From: Smithella sp. | Lineage (GTDB): Bacteria > Desulfobacterota > Syntrophia > Syntrophales > Smithellaceae | Assembly (NCBI GenBank): GCA_017993615.1 | Contig: JAGOMJ010000006.1 | Coordinates: 1,128 to 65,127 of the forward strand | Reading direction: 5' to 3' | DNA: 64,000 nt | In this document: piece by piece, positions 16,686 through 25,635 of the stretch | Numbering within the stretch: the first letter of the stretch is position 1 | Layout: each line of letters starts with the position of its first letter | Translations under genes and position numbers: made by a program | Notes under the pieces: model-generated | Database searches by the model: none | The model's input: the letters and a program-made list of their open reading frames with translations, nothing else | Told to the model about the DNA's origin: nothing

Positions 16686-18002
16686 ATGATGAAGACGGCC
16701 ATATTGCTGTATCACTTTTTCAAATCCTTAATTGAAATCCACCTCAGCGCCCGTCTCCCCTATGGACTCCAGAGGAAACTATGCGAAAGACGCTTGATTC
16801 GCTCCATCCGGCATGCTTATGACCATGTCCCCTTCTATCGCCAGAAATACGATGCGGCGGGAGTGGACATTACATCTATCCGGTCCGCCGATGACATCAA
16901 ACGGCTCCCTTTCGTCACCAAGGAAGAAATCCGGCAGAATTTTCCCGACGGGATCGTGGCACGCGGCGTCAACAGAGAGGCGTGCCGCTATTCGGCCACC
17001 ACCGGATCCACAGGCAGGTCCCTGCCGTTCATCTTCACTCAGGCGACCTATGCCTTCTACGTCGCCCTGGGGGTCCGCATGTACACAATGATCGGATACC
17101 GCCCATGGCACAAAATGGCCTACATCAAATATACCGACCTGAACTATACCCGTCTGGGCCCTTTCTTCCGGGCCGTCCATATCAAATCGACGATCCCCGT
17201 CGAAGAACAGATCGCGCAGCTCAGGAAGGCGGGGGCCGACCTCATCATCGGTTATGCCTCTCTGGTGTACGAGATCGCGAGAAACGCCACCCCTGATGAC
17301 CTGAAGGATATCCGGCCCAAGTTCATCGGAATCAACTCGGAGCTTTCGACTGAGGCCCAGCGGACCTTCATCTCCGAAACCTTCGGCTGTCCCGTCTACG
17401 ATGAATACTCGACGGAAGAGACCTGGATGATCGCCTCCCAGTGCCGGTGCAACAACTACCATATCTTTACGGACAATGTATGGGTGGAATTCATCGACGC
17501 GAAAGGTCAGGAGGTTGCCCCGGGAGACATGGGAGAAATCGTGCTGACGACTACCCGCAGCCCTGCCATGCCGTTCATTCGCTACCGTATCGGCGACATG
17601 GGAAGATTCAGCACCGCTGAATGTCCCTGCGGCATGGGGTTCCCGCTACTCCAATCCTTCGAAGGCAGGGCCGACGATTGCTTTATTCTTCCGAGCGGAA
17701 AATTCGTCTCCTCGCTGAAACTTCTGAACACCTTCACCATGTATATCAAGAAGTACCTTCATCTGCTGGAGGAGTTCAAGGTGACACAGGTGCATAGCGA
17801 TCTAATCGTCATCAAAATCGTCAAAGGAAATCAGTATGACAGCGCCCATCTCGAAGAACTGCTGGCCGATTTGCGTCGTCTGCTTGACGATTCCGTCTCG
17901 ATCAAAACCGAATTCGTCGATGTTATCGAGAAAACGGACGGCATCAAGCGCAAAGCCATTGAATCCCTTGTCAGTCAGAAGCCGACCGGTTCTCCTTCCT
18001 GA
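16686..18002 (+). CDS. Phenylacetate-CoA ligase (PaaK)/CapK/F390-synthetase-family adenylate-forming enzyme
   Basis: AGGAGG upstream. HVPFYRQKYDAAGVD, LPFVTKEEIR, SATTGSTGRSLPF (P-loop-like AMP motif), YSTEE and IRYRIGD are the family signatures. Confidence 0.85.
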   Translation: MMKTAILLYHFFKSLIEIHLSARLPYGLQRKLCERRLIRSIRHAYDHVPFYRQKYDAAGVDITSIRSADDIKRLPFVTKEEIRQNFPDGIVARGVNREACRYSATTGSTGRSLPFIFTQATYAFYVALGVRMYTMIGYRPWHKMAYIKYTDLNYTRLGPFFRAVHIKSTIPVEEQIAQLRKAGADLIIGYASLVYEIARNATPDDLKDIRPKFIGINSELSTEAQRTFISETFGCPVYDEYSTEETWMIASQCRCNNYHIFTDNVWVEFIDAKGQEVAPGDMGEIVLTTTRSPAMPFIRYRIGDMGRFSTAECPCGMGFPLLQSFEGRADDCFILPSGKFVSSLKLLNTFTMYIKKYLHLLEEFKVTQVHSDLIVIKIVKGNQYDSAHLEELLADLRRLLDDSVSIKTEFVDVIEKTDGIKRKAIESLVSQKPTGSPS

Positions 18003-18384
18003 CGGATCAGCGGGATCGCTATCCATGTTCCGTTTAATCGCTGGCGCCATATTCGGATCAAATCAAGCAGAATCGTTGCCGCCTCGGTGACGGGTGCCTC
18101 CTTGTGTGGATAAGGTTTTCGCACCCTGGTATTATTGTGAATCGTGTTGGAAGACAATGCCGCTTGAGATGGACAGCATTGATATATGGCACACCGGGCG
18201 TGGTCAAATGACAATCCCATGGCACATCCGGGACTTCAACAGAGGAATCGTCACTGTAACAGTTTGACGAATCCGTTCAGTGCGACCATAAACCGGATCC
18301 TTCCGTTGAGGAAGCAATCCGGCGGAAAGGGTTTATTGTTCGTTGGACTGATTTCAAACAAAACGTTACCGGTTCGTTTTCAAA

Positions 18385-19725
18385 TCAGCGGGGTTCATCC
18401 AGCTTACCCTCCCAGAGAAAATGTTTTGTTTCGCTGATAATCACCTTATTCAGAACAAGCAGTGAGATGAGATTCGGTACTGCCATCAATCCGTTGGCGA
18501 TATCTGCGAAGGTCCATACAATGGGAAGACTCAGGACGGAACCGAGCATCACAGCGCCTACCCACAGATACCTGTAAGGCCGAATGGCTTTGGTTCCCAG
18601 AAGATACTCCGCGGCTTTTTCACCGTAGTAGGACCAGCCCAGAATGGTTGAAAAAACAAACGTCAGCAGGCCGATGGAAAGCACAAACGGCCCGACAACC
18701 GGCAAAGCCGAAAAGGCCGCCTTGGTGAGCGCGGCGCCTTTGTAGCCGTGAATCCATTCGCCGGAATTGACCAGAACCAGACCGGTTATCGCGCATACAA
18801 CTACCGTGTCCCAGAAAGTTGCCGTTGACGAAACCAGCGCCTGACGAATTGCATTTTTGGTCTGCGCCGCCGCCGCTACAATCGGCGCGCTGCCCATGCC
18901 GGATTCATTGGAAAACAGGCCGCGCGCGACGCCGTAGCGGATTGCCTCTTTCATGCCCGCACCGAGAAATCCGCCGATGACGGCATGTCCGGAAAAAGCG
19001 CTTTGAAAAATCAGTTTGAACGTTTCCGGTATCGTTTCATAATGCATGCCCAATAAAATCAAGCAGCCGAAGACATAAAACACCGCCATAATAGGCACCA
19101 GTTTTTCGCAGACCCTCGCGATGGATTTAATGCCGCCGAGGATAACAACCGCCGTCAGCACAGTCATCGTCAGTCCGGTTATCCACGGTGAAATATTGAA
19201 GGTTTCCTGCACCAGCGACGCAATCGAATTGGCCTGTACCATGTTGCCAATCCCGAATGCCGCCACTGCGGTCAGCGCAGCGAAAATCAATCCCAGCCAC
19301 CGGGCGTTCATACCGCGCTCCAGAACATACATGGGGCCGCCGGCCATTAAGCCCTCTTTGTTGGTGATGCGGTATTTCAGCGATAAAACCGCCTCGCCGT
19401 ATTTTGTGGCAATGCCGAAGACGCCGGTCAGCCACATCCACAGCACGGCGCCGGGGCCTCCGGCGGCAATCGCCGTCGCTACACCGACGATATTGCCGGT
19501 GCCGATCGTGGCCGCCAGGGCCGTGGTCAGCGCGCCGAACTGGCTGATGTCCCCCTCCCCTTCGCGCTTTCGTGAAATGGACATTTTGATGGCTTTGAAC
19601 ATATAGCGTTGAATGAATTTGAGACGGAACGTCAGAAAGATATGCGTTCCGACCAGAAGCACAATCAGAGGCCAGCCCCAGAGGATATCGCTTATTTGCT
19701 GCAGAACAGATTCTATGAGTTGCAT
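18385..19725 (-). CDS. Alanine/glycine:cation symporter (AGCS family)
   Basis: 446 aa. The N-terminus (ILWGWPLIVLLVGTHIFLTFRLKFIQ), GDISQFGALTTALAATIGTGNIVGVATAI and FSNESGMGSAPI are AGCS hallmarks. Confidence 0.9.
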   Translation of the reverse strand: MQLIESVLQQISDILWGWPLIVLLVGTHIFLTFRLKFIQRYMFKAIKMSISRKREGEGDISQFGALTTALAATIGTGNIVGVATAIAAGGPGAVLWMWLTGVFGIATKYGEAVLSLKYRITNKEGLMAGGPMYVLERGMNARWLGLIFAALTAVAAFGIGNMVQANSIASLVQETFNISPWITGLTMTVLTAVVILGGIKSIARVCEKLVPIMAVFYVFGCLILLGMHYETIPETFKLIFQSAFSGHAVIGGFLGAGMKEAIRYGVARGLFSNESGMGSAPIVAAAAQTKNAIRQALVSSTATFWDTVVVCAITGLVLVNSGEWIHGYKGAALTKAAFSALPVVGPFVLSIGLLTFVFSTILGWSYYGEKAAEYLLGTKAIRPYRYLWVGAVMLGSVLSLPIVWTFADIANGLMAVPNLISLLVLNKVIISETKHFLWEGKLDEPR

Positions 19726-19896
19726 AATGTCTCCATAAATATTTTTGAACAGTCTGTTGAGTATGAACCATCAACTTTTGATTTTCGATGCTTCATCGCC
19801 GCCATCAAACATATCCGACAAGAAATGACCAAAAGGATGATAAGGGGAGATGATGTTTCACGAAACCGCATTCGGGAAACCTGTTTTTTTCCATTG

Positions 19897-19926
19897 TTTA
19901 TAAAAGAAGGGTGGGTGCGCTGTCAA
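19897..19926 (-). promoter_or_regulatory. Candidate sigma70-type promoter for the AGCS gene (TTGACA-N18-TATAAA)
   Basis: The minus strand reads TTGACA (19926-19921), an 18-nt spacer, then TATAAA (19902-19897). This implies a leader of about 165 nt before ATG 19725. Confidence 0.4.
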
Positions 19927-20232
19927 CGGAAAAGAAAATTATTTTCATGCTAAAACCAACCGCAAATAGTTGACGGATTCCGTCATAAAGCATAATTTCA
20001 CCTTGATGAATCGGGAGAAAGAACATCTGGCAACGTTGCGGGGCATCTTCTACAGGAAAGAACAGAAAAAATTTTTATGCTCGGGCATGCTGCCCCGATG
20101 AAATGGATGTGTTTCTGAACATCTTTTTTTACGACAAATTTATAAAAAAGCTACGGTAGCTTTAAGCAAAAAAACTTGAGTGCAATGCCCGGTCATGATA
20201 TTAATTAAAAAAATCAACAAAGGGACATTCCA

Positions 20233-21000
20233 TTGAAGCTTGCGACTTATAATGTCAATTCCATTCGCTCCCGTATGCACATCATTGTTCCGTGGCTGAA
20301 AGCTCACAGTCCGGACTTTTTCTGCATGCAGGAAACGAAAGTCGCCGACACGGTTTTCCCCGCGGCAGAGTTTGAAGCCCTGGGGTATCATGTTGTTTTC
20401 AAAGGCGACAAGCAGTACAAAGGCGTCGCGATTGTCTCAAAACAAAAACCGCAGAAGGTGATTTACGGTTTTGACAGCGAGCCGTCCGACCCCGACCGTA
20501 TGATCATTGCCGCATTCAACGATCTGACGATCATCAATACTTACGTTCCCCAGGGTCAGGAGATAGAAAGTTCCCAATTTACATACAAGCTGGAATGGCT
20601 TGCCCGTTTTAAAAAATATCTGCATAAAAATTTCCGGCCGCAAAATCAACTGATCTGGTGCGGCGATCTCAATATCGCGCCTGAACGGATCGACGTTCAT
20701 GATCCGAAAAGACTGCTGGGCCATGTCTGTTTCAATCCGGACGTCTGGAAAGCTCTCGAGGACATCAAATCATGGGGATTGACGGATGTGTTTCGCAAAC
20801 ACCATCCGGGAATCGCGGGTCAATATACTTTTTTCGATTACCGTATAAGGGATTCGGTCAAACGCGGACTCGGCTGGCGGGTTGATCACATCCTGGCAAC
20901 AAAAGCACTGGCCGAAAGGTCAAAGAGCAGCGCCATCGATCTGGACTCACGACTGGCGGAAAAACCATCCGATCACCTGATTCTTTACGCGCAGTGGTAA
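20233..21000 (+). CDS. xth: Exodeoxyribonuclease III
   Basis: 255 aa with a TTG start. MKLATYNVNSIRSR, FCMQETK, GDLNIAP, WRVDHIL and SDH are the ExoIII/AP-endonuclease motifs. Confidence 0.9.
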   Translation: MKLATYNVNSIRSRMHIIVPWLKAHSPDFFCMQETKVADTVFPAAEFEALGYHVVFKGDKQYKGVAIVSKQKPQKVIYGFDSEPSDPDRMIIAAFNDLTIINTYVPQGQEIESSQFTYKLEWLARFKKYLHKNFRPQNQLIWCGDLNIAPERIDVHDPKRLLGHVCFNPDVWKALEDIKSWGLTDVFRKHHPGIAGQYTFFDYRIRDSVKRGLGWRVDHILATKALAERSKSSAIDLDSRLAEKPSDHLILYAQW

Positions 21001-21009
21001 GGGGCCGCA

Positions 21010-21522
21010 ATGGATAAAAAAGAAAATATTGAACGCATCAACACAAACATTGCCGACCGTTTTGACAAAGTCGAAAAAAAATTGTCCGGAGCCGGAAGCA
21101 CTGCCGAACTTTTTGAAATGCTGCTTACGCAGATCGAAGCGGAATTTCAGGTGCCATTCATCTGGATCAGCGTGGCCGATACCATAAAAACGGGCCGGGT
21201 CATCGACGCCTTCAAATCATCCCGTATTTTAAAGGACAGGCTCAATGTCATCAAAGCCGATCAATTTCGTGAAATCTTCTTTTCCGGCCTGCAACCGATT
21301 CTGGTCAATAAAAACTTAAGGCCCTACTATAGGTTATTTCCGCCAAATCAGAAGTATTTCATAAAATCGCTGGCGATGGTTCCGTTCAAAATCAACGGAG
21401 AAGTTGCCGGCAGCTGGAACAACGGCGATGCCATTCAGAACCGTTACTCTCCGGATATGGAGACAAGTCTCCTGAAAAAACTGTCCCGACAGCTCTCCGC
21501 CCGGCTGGATGAACTTCTTTAA
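21010..21522 (+). CDS. DUF484-like (GAF-fold) protein
   Basis: 170 aa. An N-terminal helical region is followed by SLAMVPFKINGEVAGSWNNGD...RYSPDMETSLLKKLSRQL. This resembles the DUF484 C-terminal pattern (S.A..PL...G.L..GS.D..RF.P.MGT.FL). Confidence 0.55.
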   Translation: MDKKENIERINTNIADRFDKVEKKLSGAGSTAELFEMLLTQIEAEFQVPFIWISVADTIKTGRVIDAFKSSRILKDRLNVIKADQFREIFFSGLQPILVNKNLRPYYRLFPPNQKYFIKSLAMVPFKINGEVAGSWNNGDAIQNRYSPDMETSLLKKLSRQLSARLDELL

Positions 21523-21542
21523 AACGCGTGGCACAAACAGGC

Positions 21543-21568
21543 GAACCCCGCCGAACTGCGCGGGGTTC
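21543..21568. terminator. GC-rich hairpin between convergent genes
   Basis: GAACCCCGC (21543-51) pairs with GCGGGGTTC (21560-68), giving a 9-bp stem and 8-nt loop. No clear U-tract. Confidence 0.45.
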
Positions 21569-21600
21569 CTGAAGGGTATATCTTTGAAGGGGAAAAGGGG

Positions 21601-21876
21601 TTAGTTGATCAAGTTTTTAAGGGCATCAACCACCGGCGCCGTAAAAATGGACACCAGTAAAGCGTAAAGCGCAAAAGAACCGATGGCTTCGCTCATATAC
21701 AACTTGGTGTACTTTCTTTTCAGGGAAATGATGATCAAACCGCCAACGATTAAACAACCAAGGTGAAAGAACGGAAAATTGGCATCACCGGTAACGCTGT
21801 ACTGAGCATAACTGAAAGAGGTGGTTACCAGAACTACAAAAGCGGTCAAGAGGGTGGTTTGCATTAATTTTCTCAT
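21601..21876 (-). CDS. Small membrane protein, unknown function
   Basis: 91-aa ORF with a signal-like N-terminus (TLLTAFVVLVTTSFSYAQ) and two further hydrophobic helices. No family recognised. Confidence 0.45.
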   Translation of the reverse strand: MRKLMQTTLLTAFVVLVTTSFSYAQYSVTGDANFPFFHLGCLIVGGLIIISLKRKYTKLYMSEAIGSFALYALLVSIFTAPVVDALKNLIN

Positions 21877-22161
21877 AGCTCTTTTTCTCCTTAATTCGAT
21901 GATCTTGAAAACTCTTGGTCATTTTTAATGAAATAAGTATGCCAAAATGCATAAAAGGCGTTATTATTTTATAAACTATTAAAATATAAGAATAATAATT
22001 TTTTTCGCTAGGGGAAAAAAATTTCCTGGAATAGCTATGATGTTTAAAGAAACGTTAAATTTCAGAAAATAATAGAAAGAAGTTTTTAATATTTTCCCGA
22101 TGAATTAATTGCATTATCCGAAATATTTGGCTTGACAAATCGTCAATATGCTATAAAAAAA

Positions 22162-22196
22162 GTGAACCGCAATTCAAAATTTGAACGATTATTCAC
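22162..22196. promoter_or_regulatory. 35-bp nested palindrome, candidate TetR operator
   Basis: GTGAA-N6-TTCAAA-a-TTTGAA-N6-TTCAC, symmetric about position 22179. It ends 16 nt before the tetR ATG (22213) and lies just downstream of TTGACA at 22132-22137. Confidence 0.5.
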
Positions 22197-22212
22197 AGCG
22201 TGAGTTTTTGCG

Positions 22213-22833
22213 ATGGAAAGACTGGAAAGAAAAGAACGCGAATTCAACATGCGCCGGGCTGAGATTCTGGAAAAAGCGGAAAAAATATTTTCCGTCAAGG
22301 GGTACCATAATGTCACCATGGCGGAAATCGCCAGCGCCTCCGGATTTTCCACGGGATCTCTCTACCAATTTTTTGAGGGCAAGGAAAATCTTTACTCATC
22401 CATGATCAGCGAAAAACTCAATTTGATGTATGAAAAAACAAAAAAGGCAACCGATCGGGCGGATAACGTACTCGATAAAATCGAGATGCTGGTTGATGCT
22501 CAGCTGCGGTTTTTGGAAGAGAATGCCGATTTCTGCCGTTTATTCATCAAGGGCGAGAGCACCGCTCTGTCGGAAGCCATGACATCCATGCGGGAAAAAA
22601 TCATCAAGGATTATTTTAAATATATCGGTTTTATTGAAAACTTGCTGAAAGAAGGGATTCAGCAAAAACGGTTAAAAAACCTGCCGGCCGGCGACATGGC
22701 TCAATCCCTGGTTTATTTGATCAGGGCGGTATCCATGGAATGGATGTTATCATTGAAAAACGAGTCCCCCTATTCCAAAAAGGGGTTCATTCTGGACATT
22801 TTTTTTAATGGGGTTAAAAATCATGATCGGTAA
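22213..22833 (+). CDS. TetR/AcrR-family transcriptional regulator
   Basis: N-terminal helix-turn-helix RRAEILEKAEKIFSVKGYHNVTMAEIASASGFSTGSLYQFFEGKENLY. It lies immediately upstream of the efflux genes. Confidence 0.9.
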   Translation: MERLERKEREFNMRRAEILEKAEKIFSVKGYHNVTMAEIASASGFSTGSLYQFFEGKENLYSSMISEKLNLMYEKTKKATDRADNVLDKIEMLVDAQLRFLEENADFCRLFIKGESTALSEAMTSMREKIIKDYFKYIGFIENLLKEGIQQKRLKNLPAGDMAQSLVYLIRAVSMEWMLSLKNESPYSKKGFILDIFFNGVKNHDR

Positions 22834-24166
22834 AAAAATCCGGATTTTGACCATAGTCGTGATGATTGTTTTTTCGTCACGTTTGAGCTTCGCCCAGGAG
22901 GTTCTGTCACTGGAAGCCAGTATTGACCTGGCTTTAAAAAACAGCAACATCCTGAATATCGCGAAAGAAGGATTGAACAGCGCCACGGCTCAGAAACGGG
23001 AGGCCTTGACCGGCTTTCTACCCAAGTTCAGCACGGCCTACAGTTACTCCCGTTTAAACGAAGCGCCTTTTTCCAGATTCCAGGGACTGCCTCCGGGACC
23101 GATGTATGACTTAAACGGCATGGAAACTCCCGTGGGAACGAAAGACAATTACAACTGGATCATCGAAGCCAGACAACCGCTTTTTGCCGGCGGCGGAATT
23201 CTGGCCAATTATCAGGCCAGCAGCATCGGCGAAGAGGTTGCCCGCCTGGAGGAAACGGCGCGGATTCAGGACGTGGTCCGGGACGTTGAAGCGGCTTACT
23301 TTAATATTCTGCGCGCGCAGAAAATCAACGAGGCAACCGCTCAATCGGTGGAAATGCTCAAAGCGCATCGCGATGTCGCCGAAAACTATTTCAAGGTAGG
23401 ACTGATTCCCAAAAATGACCTGCTTTTCGCCGACGTGGAACTGGCCAACGGAAGACAGGCCCTGGTCCGGACGCAAAATGCGGTGGAGCTGGCCAAATCG
23501 CGTTTGAATACGCTGCTGAAACGCGATATTTCCGCCCCCGTGGACGTCATGGATATTCTGGCTTACCAACCGCTGAAGCAGACGTTTGAAGAATGCCTCG
23601 AAACGGCCCGCCGGCTGAGACCGGAAATGAAAATATCCTCGCTCAAAGTTCAGCAGGCCGGCAAACTGGTGCGCATGTCGCAAAGCGAATATTATCCCGC
23701 TTTAAGTCTGGTCGGTAATTATACGCGATTCGGCGACGAGGCGTCCGTTCACGGCAGCGATTTTAAAGATGCGGAGAGCTGGTACATTATGGCGGTCGCC
23801 AACTGGAATTTCTGGGAATGGGGCAGAACAAAATTCAGGGTCGATGCCAGCAAAGCCAGAGAAAACCAGGCTTCGGAATCCTCCAAAGAATTGATCGACC
23901 AGATCGCTCTGGAAATCAAAAACGCTTATTTGTTGCTGCAGGAGGCGCAAAATCAGATCTCCGTCTCGGAAACGTTGATCAAACAAGCTGAGGAAAATTT
24001 CCGGATATCTGAAGAACGATACAAGGAAAGAGTCGCCACGTCCACGGAAGTACTTGATGCGCAAACGCTTTTAACCCGTGCCAAATCAGAATACGCCAGT
24101 GCCCTGGGCGATTACAACATCCGTTTGGCGCATCTGCAACGGGCGATGGGCAATATCTGGCCATAA
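22808..24166 (+). CDS. TolC-family outer membrane efflux protein (OMF 1)
   Basis: Signal peptide (ILTIVVMIVFSSRLSFAQE). Two repeats of the OEP pattern: LSLEASIDLALKNSN and, in the second half, YYPALSLVGNY. The alternative start ATG 22823 is equally possible. Confidence 0.85.
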   Translation: MGLKIMIGKKIRILTIVVMIVFSSRLSFAQEVLSLEASIDLALKNSNILNIAKEGLNSATAQKREALTGFLPKFSTAYSYSRLNEAPFSRFQGLPPGPMYDLNGMETPVGTKDNYNWIIEARQPLFAGGGILANYQASSIGEEVARLEETARIQDVVRDVEAAYFNILRAQKINEATAQSVEMLKAHRDVAENYFKVGLIPKNDLLFADVELANGRQALVRTQNAVELAKSRLNTLLKRDISAPVDVMDILAYQPLKQTFEECLETARRLRPEMKISSLKVQQAGKLVRMSQSEYYPALSLVGNYTRFGDEASVHGSDFKDAESWYIMAVANWNFWEWGRTKFRVDASKARENQASESSKELIDQIALEIKNAYLLLQEAQNQISVSETLIKQAEENFRISEERYKERVATSTEVLDAQTLLTRAKSEYASALGDYNIRLAHLQRAMGNIWP

Positions 24167-24186
24167 ATTTTTTGCGAAAGGAATTC

Positions 24187-25602
24187 ATGATGAAAAAAAG
24201 TTTGCTCTGTATGATGACTGTGCTGGCGACGGCGCTGCTGTCTGCCGCAAACGCCGTAGCGCAGGAATACACTCTCCGTGAAATTTATCAGAAGGCGCTG
24301 AATACGTCCGAAAAAATGGAAATCGCCCGCGAAAACGTCTATGTCGCGCAGATGAGCAAAGACAAGGCCCTGTCGCTTTTAATCCCCCGGCTGACGGCCT
24401 ACGGAACCTACAACCGGTTTACCGAAGACAAGTACAACACGGCGAATATCATGATCCAGCCGGAAGACTCGGCAGCATGGGGGGTGCGCGCCGATCAGAC
24501 TTTCTCGCTGAGCGCCCGCGAACTGGATGCGTTGAGAATAGCGGGCCAGTCCATTTCCAAGAGTGAATATGATCTGGATTGGGCCAAATCGGATTTTCTT
24601 CTGGCGGTCGCCTCCTCTTTTTATGACGTACTCAAAGCCCAAAAAGCTCTGGATATTACGGTGGCCAATCTGGAAAGACTCACCAAATATTACCATCTGG
24701 TCGAAACGCGGATGAAGGTCGGCGAACTGACCAAAACCGCGCTTCTGCGTGCCCAGGGAGAATTATCCGGCGCCAAATCGGACTATCTCAAGGCCTCCAA
24801 TGCCCTGAAACTGGCGCGCGCCGCCCTGACGCGTCTGACGGGGGTGGAACCGGATTTCCGGCTGAAGGAAGAAACCGTATCCCTGTCGGAAGCGTGTGAC
24901 ATCCAGGGCCTGCGCAAATCGGCATCGGATTTGCGCACAGATCTGAAAAGTTACGATATGCAGACGAAAATGGCCGGGCAGCAGGTCAAATACGCCCGCG
25001 GCGCCTTCTGGCCCAGTGTGGGGTTGTTTGCTATTTATAACCGGGCGGACCAGGATCCTGCCGGCTCGACATTTAATGACGAAAACATTTACGGCGGCAT
25101 TTCGCTTACCTTCCCGTTTTTTGAAGGCGGCTTGAGAATGGCTGAATTCCGGGAAGCCAGGGCTAAAGAGCGCCAGGCCCGCCTGGCTTACGACGATTTA
25201 AAGAAGAGCGTGGATATTGAAGTGGAGGCTGCCTGTCTCGACCTGGACACATTGAAAGGTTCCCTGAAATTTCTGGAAGATCAACAGATTTTTGCCCGGG
25301 ATAATTACAACGCGGTGATGAAACAATTCGAAAACGGTCTGGCAACCAGTCTCGATGTCATGGATGCCAACACACTGCTTCTGACAGCAGATAAGAATGT
25401 GGTCGATGCTTTATATAACTACCAGCTTGCCTCTCTGACCGTGAAAAAATCAAGCGGAACGCTACTGCAGTTTGTCAGAGACGGCGATCCGGCGGTCAAA
25501 GGATCCAGCGGCGCATTATGGCAGTTGACCGACGTCGGCGATTTGAGGGCAAAAAAATCGGGCGGCAGGTTATTGCTGTTTTTCAGCATTGATGAATCGT
25601 AG
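24187..25602 (+). CDS. TolC-family outer membrane efflux protein (OMF 2)
   Basis: Track ORF (TTG 24172) trimmed to ATG 24187, after AAGGA. Signal peptide MMKKSLLCMMTVLATALLSAANAVAQE. Contains the OEP repeats (LREIYQKALNTSEKMEIAREN, FWPSVGLFAIYN). Confidence 0.85.
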   Translation: MMKKSLLCMMTVLATALLSAANAVAQEYTLREIYQKALNTSEKMEIARENVYVAQMSKDKALSLLIPRLTAYGTYNRFTEDKYNTANIMIQPEDSAAWGVRADQTFSLSARELDALRIAGQSISKSEYDLDWAKSDFLLAVASSFYDVLKAQKALDITVANLERLTKYYHLVETRMKVGELTKTALLRAQGELSGAKSDYLKASNALKLARAALTRLTGVEPDFRLKEETVSLSEACDIQGLRKSASDLRTDLKSYDMQTKMAGQQVKYARGAFWPSVGLFAIYNRADQDPAGSTFNDENIYGGISLTFPFFEGGLRMAEFREARAKERQARLAYDDLKKSVDIEVEAACLDLDTLKGSLKFLEDQQIFARDNYNAVMKQFENGLATSLDVMDANTLLLTADKNVVDALYNYQLASLTVKKSSGTLLQFVRDGDPAVKGSSGALWQLTDVGDLRAKKSGGRLLLFFSIDES

Positions 25603-25635
25603 AAAAAAAGACTTAGGGCCAGGAGGGAAAAGGTT

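Noticed and set aside
19726-19896. Possible glycine riboswitch in the ~165-nt leader of the alanine/glycine:cation symporter gene.
   Set aside because: I read the minus-strand leader and found none of the conserved glycine-aptamer elements (GGAGAG...CACCG...CTCTGGAGAG...ACCGAAGGGGCAA pattern), only a short GTTTC/GAAAC hairpin. The long leader is real, but I cannot support a riboswitch call. A covariance-model scan (Rfam) would settle it.
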